Virus genome (UHGV): UHGV-0342795
Reading direction: 5' to 3' (one strand)
DNA from: a virus
DNA length: 43,959 nt
The translations under genes and the position numbers were made by a program. The notes beneath the pieces are model-generated. The model searched no databases and was not told the origin of the DNA. It saw nothing but the letters and a program-made list of their open reading frames with translations. Positions 32,736-42,610 of this stretch are shown here, piece by piece; the stretch's first letter is position 1; each line of letters opens with the position of its first letter.

Positions 32736-33286
32736 GCGATGTTATTCAACTCACTCCTCAAATGGTCAATGTCCTTCTTAAGGACTACTTTGACTCGTTC
32801 TTTGGATGGGATCCTGAACCCAACAGAGTTCTTGTTGAAACTCAGGCAGGAACGAGACCGCCAAAAGGATTGTACATCACCCTGTGGTGGAGAAGTATCG
32901 AGGTCATGCGTCAGGATCCAGGCGGAACATTCTCATGTTCTCCTGATACTGGCCCGATTGAGAGCCTGATAAACCTTTCCCTGTGCGAAGTGCAGGTGAC
33001 TTTTAGAGGGCCGAACGCGCTTGAAAGTGCGGTAAACGCTCGCTTGTCATTGGGCTCTTCAGCAAGGGCTTTTGATCTATGGAAGCTTCTTGGCTATTCG
33101 GGTACGAGTGGAATACAAGACCTGAGTGTTTATTACAATGGTGCAATTCAGCCTAGAAGCTACTTCAACTTTTATTTTTATGCCCTCTTCAACAGAGAGT
33201 ATCCAGCAGACTACTTTGATAAATCGAAGTGGAATGTTAATGGCATTGAAATCACAATCCCTGGAGAGAAGCCGGTATGCCCGTAG
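32732..33286 (+). CDS. Hypothetical neck/tail-terminator protein
   Basis: The ATG overlaps the upstream stop. It precedes the sheath gene. Confidence 0.4.
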   Translation: MSDVIQLTPQMVNVLLKDYFDSFFGWDPEPNRVLVETQAGTRPPKGLYITLWWRSIEVMRQDPGGTFSCSPDTGPIESLINLSLCEVQVTFRGPNALESAVNARLSLGSSARAFDLWKLLGYSGTSGIQDLSVYYNGAIQPRSYFNFYFYALFNREYPADYFDKSKWNVNGIEITIPGEKPVCP

Positions 33287-35493
33287 TCAGTTGCGCTAAG
33301 ACGAGTTTGCCTCGTTCCCTTGACGTTCCTGTGTCCCTGTCTCGTTCTGTCGCCGAAACTGCGACGGATATGACCATGATGTGCTTTGTTACTCCCGGTG
33401 TGGCGTTCCCTCCCGGCAATGACAGAGTGCAGTTCTTTTCCACCTTTGACGCTGTGCAAGGCGCGGTTCCCGAGAACTCTGAGGCCATATTCGCGGCTCA
33501 GGCGTTCTTCAACCGTTCCGACCGTCCTCAGACCATGTGCATCGGTCGCGTGTTTACGAATCCGACCAACGGCACTCTCGTGTCCGGCCCTATTACGCTG
33601 AACAACCTTGCCAGCGTTCAGAACGGCGGTTTCACTATCAGCGTGGGCGACGCCTCCTACACCGTCGCTAACCTGACCTTTGGCCTGAATCCGACAATGG
33701 CTGACGTGACCCGTCAGTTGAATACCCAGATGTCGGCTTTTACTAACACTGTTGCCAACGATGACGGTGAAAGCCTTACCATCACCACCAAAACCATTGG
33801 TGATGGTTCTGACATCAGCTACGCGGGAACTCCGACTGAGTTCACTGATGTGAGCACGCTTCTCAAGCTCACTTCCACCACGGGAGCGTCAATTGAGAAC
33901 GGGGAGGAAACCACTGAAAATACTCCCGCCAAACTGGTCTCGGGAACTATTACCGATCTCTCTGGCCTCCAAAACCTTACCGACGGTTCTTTCGACATTG
34001 AAGTGGATGGAGCCAAGGTGCAGGTTCGTGATGTAACGACCGGGGCTTCTGTCACGCTGGTTTCCCTTGCGTCTATTCTCACGTCAAAGATGACCGGGAA
34101 GGCTACGTTCGTGGCTGACACCTCCAAGAACCAGCTCATCCTGACGACTGCCAGCACTGGAACCGCTTCTGAGCTTGCGTATGCTGTGACTGCCTCCCCT
34201 GCTGCTGGAACGGACATTTCCGCCCTGCTCAAGCTGACTCAGTCCACGGCTACTTCCCTTGTTCAGGGAACCGCTACGAACGTGGAACACCCTGCTGAAC
34301 TCACCTCTGGTGAGATCACCTTGGCAGATCTGTACAACGTAACGGACGGAGCCATGACCCTCGTCATGAACGGGGCAACGGTTAACCTGTATGGCCTCAA
34401 CTTCGCCACCTATGGGAGCAGTCTGACTCTCAATGAAGTGGCTCAGATCCTTACGGCGGCTATCGGCTCCAACGGCCTTGTGGAAGTGAGCGGTCAGTCT
34501 ATTGTGATCTCTACGAACCAGAAGGGCGAAGGCGTCACGATTGGCTACGCGTCCTCTGCTTCGTCTATCACCGACCTGTCCGCAATTCTGGCTCTTACCC
34601 AGAGCACGGCGGCTTCTCGTATCGATGGTTACACTCCGGGCGGCCTCGTTTCTGAAGTGGCTCTCATTCAGACCGCCGCTCGTTGCGCGGGTCGCAGCGT
34701 GTTCGCATGGACGTTGGATCGGCAGTATCGTGATACGCAGGATCAGAAGGATTTCGCTGACTGGGCAGAAGCTCAGGATCAGGCGTACTTCTCTGCCTGC
34801 ACCAACAGCGTTCAGGCATACAATACTGCGGACACGACCAACATCGGGTTCTATGCCCACAACAAGGGGTACATCAAGACCTCGGTTATGTACCATAACA
34901 ATCCGCAGGTGTATCCGGACGTGTCCTACGCGGCCTTGGCTCTGTCGGTCAACTACGCGCTGGAGAACTCCACGCTGACCATGAAGTTCAAGCAGCTCAC
35001 CGGGATTGAAACTGTTCCGCTCACGGAAACTCAGCTTTCTTCCCTTAAGGCTCGCCGCATCAACACTTACGTGTCCATGGGCAACTCTTCCTCTGTCGTG
35101 CGTGAAGGCGTACAGTCGGCTGATTCGTGGTTCACGGACAGCCATGTGAACCTCTCCAACTACAAGGAAGAGCTTCAGGTTGAAGTGTTCAACGTGTTCA
35201 TGCGCAACAAGAAGGTGAAGTACACCTCCGCCGGACAGGATCTTCTTGTTTCTGCCGCAGCGAAGATCAATAACCGTTACATTCGCAACGGCACTTTCGC
35301 TGATCGTGAAGAGGAAACGACCGATAACGAAACGGGTTACACGACTCTTCCGGCATGCACGATTACTCCGGCTCCGATCTACAGCGCAACGACTTCAGAG
35401 CGGGCAAATCGTGTTGCTCCCCCTATCGCTATTGTGGCGTATGAGGCCGGAGCCTTCCACTCCGTCGCCATTGACGTCACTGTTTACAACTAA
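33277..35493 (+). CDS. Tail sheath protein with three inserted approximately 120-aa Ig-like repeats
   Basis: It is 738 aa. Three tandem repeats (G.IT..L.N.TDG.F.I.V.G..V.V..L.F....SL..VA.ILT...DIS.LLKLTQST) span about residues 100-470. The C-terminal 270 aa form a conserved sheath-like core. Tube and chaperone genes follow. Confidence 0.55.
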   Translation: MPVVSCAKTSLPRSLDVPVSLSRSVAETATDMTMMCFVTPGVAFPPGNDRVQFFSTFDAVQGAVPENSEAIFAAQAFFNRSDRPQTMCIGRVFTNPTNGTLVSGPITLNNLASVQNGGFTISVGDASYTVANLTFGLNPTMADVTRQLNTQMSAFTNTVANDDGESLTITTKTIGDGSDISYAGTPTEFTDVSTLLKLTSTTGASIENGEETTENTPAKLVSGTITDLSGLQNLTDGSFDIEVDGAKVQVRDVTTGASVTLVSLASILTSKMTGKATFVADTSKNQLILTTASTGTASELAYAVTASPAAGTDISALLKLTQSTATSLVQGTATNVEHPAELTSGEITLADLYNVTDGAMTLVMNGATVNLYGLNFATYGSSLTLNEVAQILTAAIGSNGLVEVSGQSIVISTNQKGEGVTIGYASSASSITDLSAILALTQSTAASRIDGYTPGGLVSEVALIQTAARCAGRSVFAWTLDRQYRDTQDQKDFADWAEAQDQAYFSACTNSVQAYNTADTTNIGFYAHNKGYIKTSVMYHNNPQVYPDVSYAALALSVNYALENSTLTMKFKQLTGIETVPLTETQLSSLKARRINTYVSMGNSSSVVREGVQSADSWFTDSHVNLSNYKEELQVEVFNVFMRNKKVKYTSAGQDLLVSAAAKINNRYIRNGTFADREEETTDNETGYTTLPACTITPAPIYSATTSERANRVAPPIAIVAYEAGAFHSVAIDVTVYN

Positions 35494-35505
35494 GGAGAAG
35501 CAGGA

Positions 35506-35925
35506 ATGCGTACCATTTATAATCAGGCTTCCACGAGTATCGTCGTGGACGGCAACCAGATCTACGACCTGTTTGAAGGTGCTACCATCACGTACACCTT
35601 TGACGGCGGCGAAGTCGCCAAAACTAAAGGCACTGACGGCGCGGGCATCAACATTGCCACCAATCAGGGCTCTACCCTTCAGTTCACACTGAAGGAAACT
35701 TCCCGCTCCATTGCCTTCCTGAACAACCTGCGCTTGCGGCAGGAGAACGGCGGCCTTGGTGTGACCGTTGTAGCCAGAACCGGAGCCAACATCCTGCTTA
35801 CCATGACCAACGCCTATATCAGCCGTCCCGGTCAGCTTGCCACTGGCGACAAGCAGATGGCCGGATTGCAGTTCACCCTGACCACGGCTGAAGACGACAT
35901 CACCAACCTGACTGTGGAGGGGTAA
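35506..35925 (+). CDS. Tail tube protein
   Basis: It is 139 aa and beta-rich, directly after the sheath gene. GGAGAAG lies upstream of the ATG. Confidence 0.5.
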   Translation: MRTIYNQASTSIVVDGNQIYDLFEGATITYTFDGGEVAKTKGTDGAGINIATNQGSTLQFTLKETSRSIAFLNNLRLRQENGGLGVTVVARTGANILLTMTNAYISRPGQLATGDKQMAGLQFTLTTAEDDITNLTVEG

Positions 35926-36336
35926 ATGAGAGACCTCAAGTCGGGAATGGGTGAGTTCAAGGTGAACGGTAGAACGTATAAGTTCGACCTCCTGCCTCCC
36001 ATGGAAGCAATTGACTTTGGGAGCCGTGTTCTTAAGGCCGCTGGCGGAGCCCTCGTCTCTATCTGCGGTGAAGGTGAAGTGCACTACGACGCCATTGCTA
36101 AGGCTCTCAGCGTCGTTGAAGCGTCGGAACTCAGTGCGCTCATGAAGGAAGCCCTCAAGCGTTCGTATACGCCTGAGCAGGAGCCCCTCAGCAACGAAGC
36201 TGTGTTCCATTCTTGGTTCAATCAAAACCCTCAAGACCTCTTTGTTGCGGGAGCGTTGGCTGTCTTTGAACAGGTGAGGGATTTTTTTCCCTCTGGGCTG
36301 AGTACAGCCGTACGAAACTCCACCCCGCAACGGTAG
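35926..36336 (+). CDS. Tail assembly chaperone (gpG-like, 0-frame product)
   Basis: It lies between the tube and tape-measure genes. It contains the T7 slippery run. Confidence 0.55.
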   Translation: MRDLKSGMGEFKVNGRTYKFDLLPPMEAIDFGSRVLKAAGGALVSICGEGEVHYDAIAKALSVVEASELSALMKEALKRSYTPEQEPLSNEAVFHSWFNQNPQDLFVAGALAVFEQVRDFFPSGLSTAVRNSTPQR

Positions 36337-36527
36337 GTATAAGCGTCCCAGTACCTGACTCCCATCAGGACGTGATCCTAGTCAATCGGCTCCTTAGACA
36401 TGGTCTTTGCACCTATAAGGAGCTCATTGACGGGACGCTGTCGTTGAAAGACGTTGTATTCTTGATGAAGTGTGCAGACTGGGAAGATTACGCCACGAGC
36501 TACGTAAGAGTAATGCAGGAAGGTTAG
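35926..36527 (+). CDS. Tail assembly chaperone, -1 programmed frameshift fusion (gpGT-like)
   Basis: The slippery heptamer T TTT TTT lies at 36282-36288 in gaT-TTT-TTT-ccc. The -1 frame is open from 36270 to TAG 36525-36527 (...FFSLWAEYSRTKLHPATVGISVPVPDSHQDVILVNRLLRHGLCTYKELIDGTLSLKDVVFLMKCADWEDYATSYVRVMQEG*). It ends 1 nt before the tape-measure ATG. Confidence 0.5.
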
Positions 36528-36528
36528 T

Positions 36529-38313
36529 ATGGCTGTTGTAGACGAACTAGTCACAGTACTGAGTACTGTTCTCGGTGACGGAAGCGAGAAGGCAGTAGAC
36601 ACCTATAAAAAGGGTCTTGATGGCGTTGTTGCGACTGTCAAAGAGGCGACAAAGCGATTCGCAATGGCGGCTACTGGCCTTACTGCATTCGTAGCCGGGG
36701 CAGTCAACAGCGCGGCATCCATCCAGAAGGTATCTGAAACCACTGGCGTCAGCACTGACGCCCTCCAGGAATGGGCTTATGCTGCAAAGAGCGTAGGCGT
36801 CTCCGCGAGTGCCGTTGAAAGTGACCTCGCTAAAATGCAGAAGCAAGCCATGTGGACGGGTCGCTCACTTGAATCGTGGGCGGATACGTTCAAGGGCATG
36901 AGTGTTCCTCAGGCGAATATGTGGGGTGAGGCCATTGGCATCTCACCTGACACTGTTCGCCTCTTGCGCGAAGGCCGTGAAGGTATCGCGGCCTTGCGCA
37001 AGGAAGCCCATAGCGTGGGCGCAGTTATTTCTCCGGAAGACCTAAAGCGGGCGGCTCAGCTAAAGACAAGCGTTATGTCCCTCACGACTCAATTGCGAGC
37101 GTTTGGGACTACTATCGCTATCGGAACGCTTCCTATGATTGACAAACTGGTCACTTCCTTCAAGGAGTGGCTAAACGTCAACAAGGAATGGGTCGCAAGC
37201 AACATCACCAAGTTCCTTGAGAACCTTGGAAGGGTCTTCAATGAGCTCTGGGAAGACGGCAAGAAGCTCGTTGATTGGTTCAAGGAAACTCTCGGGCCTA
37301 TTGGAGACTTCGGCAAGAAGTTGTGGGAGGCAACCGATTGGGCAAAGCTCCTTAAGGGTGCGCTAGTCCTGCTGGTGGCCTATTTTGCCCCCGCAATAGC
37401 CGCTTTTGGTTTAGCCGTAGGCGCAGTCATTGCCCTCAGTGCGGCCTTTGAAGACTTCATTGCCTTCTTGGAGGGCAAAGACTCCATCATTGGTCGTCTA
37501 GTAGACAGCTTTCAAGAAAAGTTCCCGAACTTGGCTAACCTGCTCAAGAACGTCGTAGTTGTGGCGTTTGAGTTGGTTACTAAGACCGCTGGAATTATGT
37601 GGGAACTGCTCCAGAACATTGCCAAGGGCATCGGCGGAGTCGTTGAAACCATCATTACCGGGGTAGACAAGGCCATTGGAGCCGCGAGGCAGTTGTTTGG
37701 ACTTGAAGACCTGAATGAAGATAAGGATCAAGGGCCTCCGCCTACTCGCCAATACAATTGGGACGGACAGCAACGCAATTACAATCCGTATGCCAAGCCC
37801 CAAGAAGGCGAGGAACAACCACAAGACCAGACTCGTCGCAACTATAATCCGTATAAGCAGACGGAACCGACTAAACGCAACTATAATTCTTACGGGGAAG
37901 TCAAGCGTCCTGTAGAGCGCAAACCAGAATCTCCCCAAAAGGAAGAAAAGCCTGCATGGTGGGATACGCCTCAGCGCAACTACAATCCTTATGCGAAGTC
38001 GGCATCCTCTTCCGCTCCTAAGAACGTCAGCGCAAGGGTTCAGTTGGAAGAGGCGGGTAAGGAGTTGGCAAGAAATTCCACCGCTATGCAGCAGTCTTCC
38101 CCTTCTGATAAGGGGCCTGTTATCGTTCCTAAGACTGAGACTCGTCCTAGTGTCACAAACCGCAATCAAACGAATCAGTCTAACCTGAATGCCAACGTGA
38201 AGATTGAGGTAAGAGATCCTTCCGAGATCGGCCCTGCGCTCAAGAGCCTTGAAACAGCGTACCCTGATGCGCAGATTAACACTCCAGGAACCTATGGACC
38301 AAGCGTAGGATAG
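36529..38313 (+). CDS. Tail tape measure protein
   Basis: It is 594 aa, helical and Ala-rich, with TM-like segments (LLVAYFAPAIAAFGLAVGAVIAL). A C-terminal region has four RNYN(P/S)Y repeats. It lies after the chaperone frameshift gene. Confidence 0.75.
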   Translation: MAVVDELVTVLSTVLGDGSEKAVDTYKKGLDGVVATVKEATKRFAMAATGLTAFVAGAVNSAASIQKVSETTGVSTDALQEWAYAAKSVGVSASAVESDLAKMQKQAMWTGRSLESWADTFKGMSVPQANMWGEAIGISPDTVRLLREGREGIAALRKEAHSVGAVISPEDLKRAAQLKTSVMSLTTQLRAFGTTIAIGTLPMIDKLVTSFKEWLNVNKEWVASNITKFLENLGRVFNELWEDGKKLVDWFKETLGPIGDFGKKLWEATDWAKLLKGALVLLVAYFAPAIAAFGLAVGAVIALSAAFEDFIAFLEGKDSIIGRLVDSFQEKFPNLANLLKNVVVVAFELVTKTAGIMWELLQNIAKGIGGVVETIITGVDKAIGAARQLFGLEDLNEDKDQGPPPTRQYNWDGQQRNYNPYAKPQEGEEQPQDQTRRNYNPYKQTEPTKRNYNSYGEVKRPVERKPESPQKEEKPAWWDTPQRNYNPYAKSASSSAPKNVSARVQLEEAGKELARNSTAMQQSSPSDKGPVIVPKTETRPSVTNRNQTNQSNLNANVKIEVRDPSEIGPALKSLETAYPDAQINTPGTYGPSVG

Positions 38314-38314
38314 C

Positions 38315-38893
38315 ATGCTAGCAGACAACTATGAAGCCACTACCGTCTTCACCAGCGAAGACACCGGGATTGTAAGACAAGGCTCTGTGGTGGCTGGCGT
38401 TTCTGTGTCTGTAAAAGAGGCGGAAAGTCACAGCTTCACCTCTCAAATGACCGACATACCCTTGGAATCAGGGGCGGTCGTTTCAGATCACGTTATCCTG
38501 CAGCCTGAACAGTTGTCCGTGTCCATTGCGATGACCAATACTAGTGAAAACGGTGATAACTTTTCAGCTTTCGACCAATTCTACGAAATGTTGAACAGCC
38601 GCGAGCCTGTAGAAGTTATCACCGAACACTGGATCTACACTAATATGGTGTTGATTTCGTTTACGCCTAACCACACGGCACCATTCAGACAAGCGTACAC
38701 CGCTGAATGCGTCTTCAAGAAAGCCAACATGGTCACGTTGAACGTAGTCGGCAAGTCTCCTACCAAGTTAAAGGGCGGAGCAAAGAAGACTGGAAGCGGC
38801 ACAGTCAACGCCGGAACAGTGGAATCAGGCAACGCAAGCGACGCCGATAAGTCACAAGCCGCTGTTTGGTACGATACGATCAAGAAGGGGTAG
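38315..38893 (+). CDS. Tail/baseplate assembly protein (post-tape-measure)
   Basis: The call is by position. The ATG overlaps the tape-measure stop. Confidence 0.4.
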   Translation: MLADNYEATTVFTSEDTGIVRQGSVVAGVSVSVKEAESHSFTSQMTDIPLESGAVVSDHVILQPEQLSVSIAMTNTSENGDNFSAFDQFYEMLNSREPVEVITEHWIYTNMVLISFTPNHTAPFRQAYTAECVFKKANMVTLNVVGKSPTKLKGGAKKTGSGTVNAGTVESGNASDADKSQAAVWYDTIKKG

Positions 38894-38896
38894 CGG

Positions 38897-39280
38897 ATGC
38901 CTGTAATCGAACTGCCTTTGACCTCAGACGGCGAAAGAAAGTTCACAACTGAAATTGCAGGGGTGAGCTACCTCTTTCGTACTACTTACGTGATGGGTCA
39001 GCAGAATCATTGGGTTTTGGACATATTTGACGCAAATGAGAACCCGTTGGTTTACGGAATCAACATCGTGACGGGATCTCTCAACCTGCTCAAGGGCTAC
39101 GGGAATGTGTTTGATGGAATCCACCTGTTAGCCGTTCCCATTTACAACGAGGATCCCTCTGGCCCTGAAGCGTTGGGTACGGTCCTGAAGGTTCTTTGGT
39201 ACACAGAAGGTGAGGATTTTCCTTACAACCTTGGGGATCCCTTGCTTGACATTGATCTCCTATTAAACCTCTTCGAGTAA
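38897..39280 (+). CDS. Baseplate-associated hypothetical protein
   Basis: The call is by position. Confidence 0.35.
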   Translation: MPVIELPLTSDGERKFTTEIAGVSYLFRTTYVMGQQNHWVLDIFDANENPLVYGINIVTGSLNLLKGYGNVFDGIHLLAVPIYNEDPSGPEALGTVLKVLWYTEGEDFPYNLGDPLLDIDLLLNLFE

Positions 39281-39284
39281 TCTA

Positions 39285-40190
39285 ATGGCTGACAGCGAAA
39301 ACAGACCGTGGCTACGTAAAGTCCTTGTTACGTTAGGGCCTCTCGCTGAATGGCAAAACAAATCAGCGGGATCCACTGTTCAGTTTGCCAGTGACGGCAC
39401 AATGAACGGTCTTCGCGTATCCGCTAATATACAGAAGACCTTGATGGGACTTCCTTCTCCTTCTACCATCAAGGTGTACAACCTTTCGGACGACACAAGG
39501 AACGCAGTAAAGAAAGGGCTCACCAAGCTGACTTTGCAAGCTGGTTGGGAAAACACCAACATGGCTACCATCTATAAAGGCTCCATCATGAACGTACAGA
39601 GTGAGCGAGCAGGAGCGGACATCATCACGTCGTTCCTTGTTCTCCCTGGATTTGGAGCCTTGGCTATGGGAGCCTCCAGCGTTACTTTTGGCCCTGGAAC
39701 TTCCATTTCAGCCGCCGCTGGTCAGCTTGGCAAGGACCTCCCCGGAATCACAGTGAACTCTGAGAGCTTCCAAGGCGTAGAGGGGAACATTGGAGGAAAG
39801 GGCTGGAGCTACGCGGGATCTACCAAAGACGGTCTTAATCGCTTGGCAGAGGAATACGGCTTCTCTTGGTCAGTGCAGGAAGGCACCCTCAAGTGCATGG
39901 GAGACAAGTTCATGCTCGGCTCCTCAGTGGAGCTCAACGGAGACAATGGCGGTCTGATTAACATCTCCCCAATCCTATCAGGGCCTCTTCAGTGGACTAC
40001 CGGGGTGAAGATTAAGGCGTTGTACGTGCCGGGCATCACAGTAGGCTCCTCTGTGAAGGTGTCCAGCAAGCTGAACAAAAGCCTCTCGGGAACGTATCGT
40101 GTTCATACCATTGGAATTGACTTGGATACGTACTCCTCCAACTGGACGATGGACATTGAAAGCTACAAGCTAGGCGTTAAGGTGAAGTGA
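39285..40190 (+). CDS. Baseplate hub protein (P2 gpD / PBSX XkdQ-like)
   Basis: The C-terminus SLSGTYRVHTIGIDLDTYSSNWTMDIES matches the gpD-family G.Y.V..V.H......W.T.L signature. Confidence 0.55.
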   Translation: MADSENRPWLRKVLVTLGPLAEWQNKSAGSTVQFASDGTMNGLRVSANIQKTLMGLPSPSTIKVYNLSDDTRNAVKKGLTKLTLQAGWENTNMATIYKGSIMNVQSERAGADIITSFLVLPGFGALAMGASSVTFGPGTSISAAAGQLGKDLPGITVNSESFQGVEGNIGGKGWSYAGSTKDGLNRLAEEYGFSWSVQEGTLKCMGDKFMLGSSVELNGDNGGLINISPILSGPLQWTTGVKIKALYVPGITVGSSVKVSSKLNKSLSGTYRVHTIGIDLDTYSSNWTMDIESYKLGVKVK

Positions 40191-40993
40191 TGGCTGACTA
40201 CTCAAAGACCTCTCCCAACGAGTCCCAGCGTCTGGTTATTCAGCGCATGTTGGATTCCATGGACATAGCCAAACCTTGCATCATCAAAGAGGTCAAGCCG
40301 GGCCCTCCATTGAAGGTCACGGTTCAGCCCACTGAACGCATGAAGATCACCATTGGGCAAGAGACCAAGTACATGGCTCTTCCTGAGATCAACGACGTTC
40401 CTGTCATTCTTCCTTGCGCTCAAACTGCTGGATTCCTACTCACGTTGCCATTGAAGCCGGGAGACACGGGTCTGCTCATAGTGGCTGATAAGGACATAAC
40501 GAATTTCGTTGCTTCTGGGAACATTAACGATCCTCCTGTTGGCTCTGACCCTGAAGTGTCCAATGTAAGGAAGAGGTCGCTCACTGACGTAATCTTCATT
40601 CCCGGTCTTTCCAGCGATCAGGTTGCTATTCAAAGTTACAACACTGAGAACATTGAGCTAAGGGACTTGACCCGCACGTCCTACATCAGCTTAGGGCCTG
40701 ATGGCATCACGATGACAGACGGACAGGCGGTCTATTCGATGAAAGGTGGATCCGTAACAACTACGGCTCCGGGTACAGTTGCCACCCAAGCCGATGGAGC
40801 AATATCCATGAACACAAGCTCCACCTGCACTATTTCAAGCTCCAACATGGAGCTCAGCGGATCTGGCAACATGATTCAGGGCAACATTACTCAGCGGGAC
40901 GGCACGTTCACTGACGGCAACGGCAAGAACTCGTCCTCTCACAGACACACTGGCGTTGAATCTGGCTCTGATACGTCAGGGCCTGTCGCATAA
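40190..40993 (+). CDS. Baseplate spike protein (gpV/gp5-like OB-fold N-terminus)
   Basis: The start is the ATG 40190, overlapping the hub stop as TGATG. KPGDTGLLIVADKDI resembles the gpV OB-fold motif GD.v.v.f..gD. The C-terminus is Ser/Gly-rich. Confidence 0.5.
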   Translation: MADYSKTSPNESQRLVIQRMLDSMDIAKPCIIKEVKPGPPLKVTVQPTERMKITIGQETKYMALPEINDVPVILPCAQTAGFLLTLPLKPGDTGLLIVADKDITNFVASGNINDPPVGSDPEVSNVRKRSLTDVIFIPGLSSDQVAIQSYNTENIELRDLTRTSYISLGPDGITMTDGQAVYSMKGGSVTTTAPGTVATQADGAISMNTSSTCTISSSNMELSGSGNMIQGNITQRDGTFTDGNGKNSSSHRHTGVESGSDTSGPVA

Positions 40994-41003
40994 GGATCGC
41001 TAT

Positions 41004-41381
41004 ATGTCATGGGACTTCCGACTTAATGAAAATTGGGATCTATCGCCTGGCGAAGTGACCGGGTCTGACGAGGTCATGCAAAGGCTCAAGCTGAGGCTCC
41101 TTCGCGAGTTGGGAGAATGGTTCCTAGACACAACGGCGGGGTTCCCTTGGTATCAGGATGGTCATGGCATGTTGGGAGCCAAAATGTCCCAGCAGAACAA
41201 CGTCCTCTTGCTCATTCGTCGTTGCGTTATGGGCACTGAAGGCGTAAAGGCCATTGAAAAGCTCACCACCAGATACATACTGGGTAACAGAACCTTCTCC
41301 GTATACATCCGGGTGATCCTTACAGATCGCACTGTGAGAGAGCTTACTTTGCCCGTCACCGCTTCAACCTTTGCAGCGTAG
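41004..41381 (+). CDS. Baseplate wedge protein (gp25/XkdS-like)
   Basis: The start is the ATG 41004, which has AAGGA upstream (the listed ORF starts earlier, inside the spike gene). RLKLRLLRELGEWFLDTTAGFPW is a typical small baseplate-wedge motif. Confidence 0.45.
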   Translation: MSWDFRLNENWDLSPGEVTGSDEVMQRLKLRLLRELGEWFLDTTAGFPWYQDGHGMLGAKMSQQNNVLLLIRRCVMGTEGVKAIEKLTTRYILGNRTFSVYIRVILTDRTVRELTLPVTASTFAA

Positions 41382-41389
41382 GATCAATT

Positions 41390-42607
41390 ATGGCTAACTT
41401 TGAATACGGAATGCTTCCCCAAGGGTTCGTTCCTAAGCGTCTTGTTGACATCAACAACGACATGCTGGAACGGGTTGAGGCCATTCAAGACCCGAAGACA
41501 GGTGAGTTCCCTTTCGCCAATGCGTCTGGTGATACAATTCTTACTCAACTTGTAGGCATCTTTTCCAACGCTCTGTCTGAGTGCTGGGAAGCGGCCTATG
41601 ACGCCAGCATACAATTCAACCCGTTGTACAATACCGGGGCAGGTCAGAGCGGCACTGTTCAGTTGAACGGCATCGTGCGCAAGCCGGGAAGCGAAACGAT
41701 TATCATTTGCACCTGCTCTGGTGCTGCGGGAACGCTAATTACTCAAGGTTCACTCATTGGAGACCGACAGGGCACGAACAGCTATCAGGCTATGGCTAAT
41801 TATATCATTGGAACCAACGGAACCGTTGAAGGCCGCTTCCAATGCACGACAAAGGGTGCGATTGACCCTGCTGTTGGTTCTATCAATACGATACAAACCG
41901 CTACGGCGGGATGGTACAGCGTATCAAACACGTCCACCAGTTCAGTCGGTACGCCTGAGGAAACTGACGATGAGCTCAGGAAGCGTCAGCAGTTGTCCAC
42001 CAGCCTTACCAGCTATCGTCAGATTGAGGCCATTTACTCGGCAATCATTGCCGTAGACGGCGTTACCTACTGCCGGGTCTACCAGAATGCTTTGACCAAT
42101 CCTGAGGACTCCAGAGGTATTCCTTACAAGGAAATTTCCCCGGTGGTAGTTGGTGGAGAACCAGAGGACATTGCCAATGCCATGTTCTTGCGCATGCCTG
42201 TAACGATCCAAGGTTACGGCAACACCCTTGTGACTTTGAGGGACAGACAGAACCAGCCTTACAACATCAGGTTCATGCGTCCTACAATGGTTCCCATTTT
42301 CGTGGATATCACCATCCGTGTCACCGATTCTGCAGTCTTCCCAAGCAACTACGCCGAATTGATCAAGCAGAGCATTGTTGATTACTCTGTTTATGATATC
42401 ATGGCAAATACAGGCTTCCCTCCCGGCGAGCCTGTTATCAGAACAAGGCTCTTTACACCTATTAACGATGCGTGCAACGGTTTCTCGATCGTGAACATGA
42501 CCATTGGAACGTCAGCAGAAGCTCAAGGCAAGGTGGACATTCCAATTGATTGGAACGAGGCGTCTGAATTCACGGTTGATAATATCACCGTAACCTTGGT
42601 GGACTAG
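41390..42607 (+). CDS. Baseplate J-like protein (gpJ/gp6 family)
   Basis: It is 405 aa and follows the gp25-like gene. Size and order match the PBSX XkdT/P2 J arrangement. Confidence 0.6.
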   Translation: MANFEYGMLPQGFVPKRLVDINNDMLERVEAIQDPKTGEFPFANASGDTILTQLVGIFSNALSECWEAAYDASIQFNPLYNTGAGQSGTVQLNGIVRKPGSETIIICTCSGAAGTLITQGSLIGDRQGTNSYQAMANYIIGTNGTVEGRFQCTTKGAIDPAVGSINTIQTATAGWYSVSNTSTSSVGTPEETDDELRKRQQLSTSLTSYRQIEAIYSAIIAVDGVTYCRVYQNALTNPEDSRGIPYKEISPVVVGGEPEDIANAMFLRMPVTIQGYGNTLVTLRDRQNQPYNIRFMRPTMVPIFVDITIRVTDSAVFPSNYAELIKQSIVDYSVYDIMANTGFPPGEPVIRTRLFTPINDACNGFSIVNMTIGTSAEAQGKVDIPIDWNEASEFTVDNITVTLVD

Positions 42608-42610
42608 CAT

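Noticed and set aside
27972-38328. Long minus-strand ORFs (27972..29042, 29942..31024, 34084..35145, 35395..36330, 37498..38328; 276-360 aa) opposite the head and tail genes
   Set aside because: The plus strand carries recognisable MuF, capsid, sheath and tape-measure features with SD-ATG starts and operon continuity. The antisense ORFs lie in GC-rich DNA where stop codons are rare by chance. They have no SD-like starts and give low-complexity Arg/Gly/Ala-rich translations.
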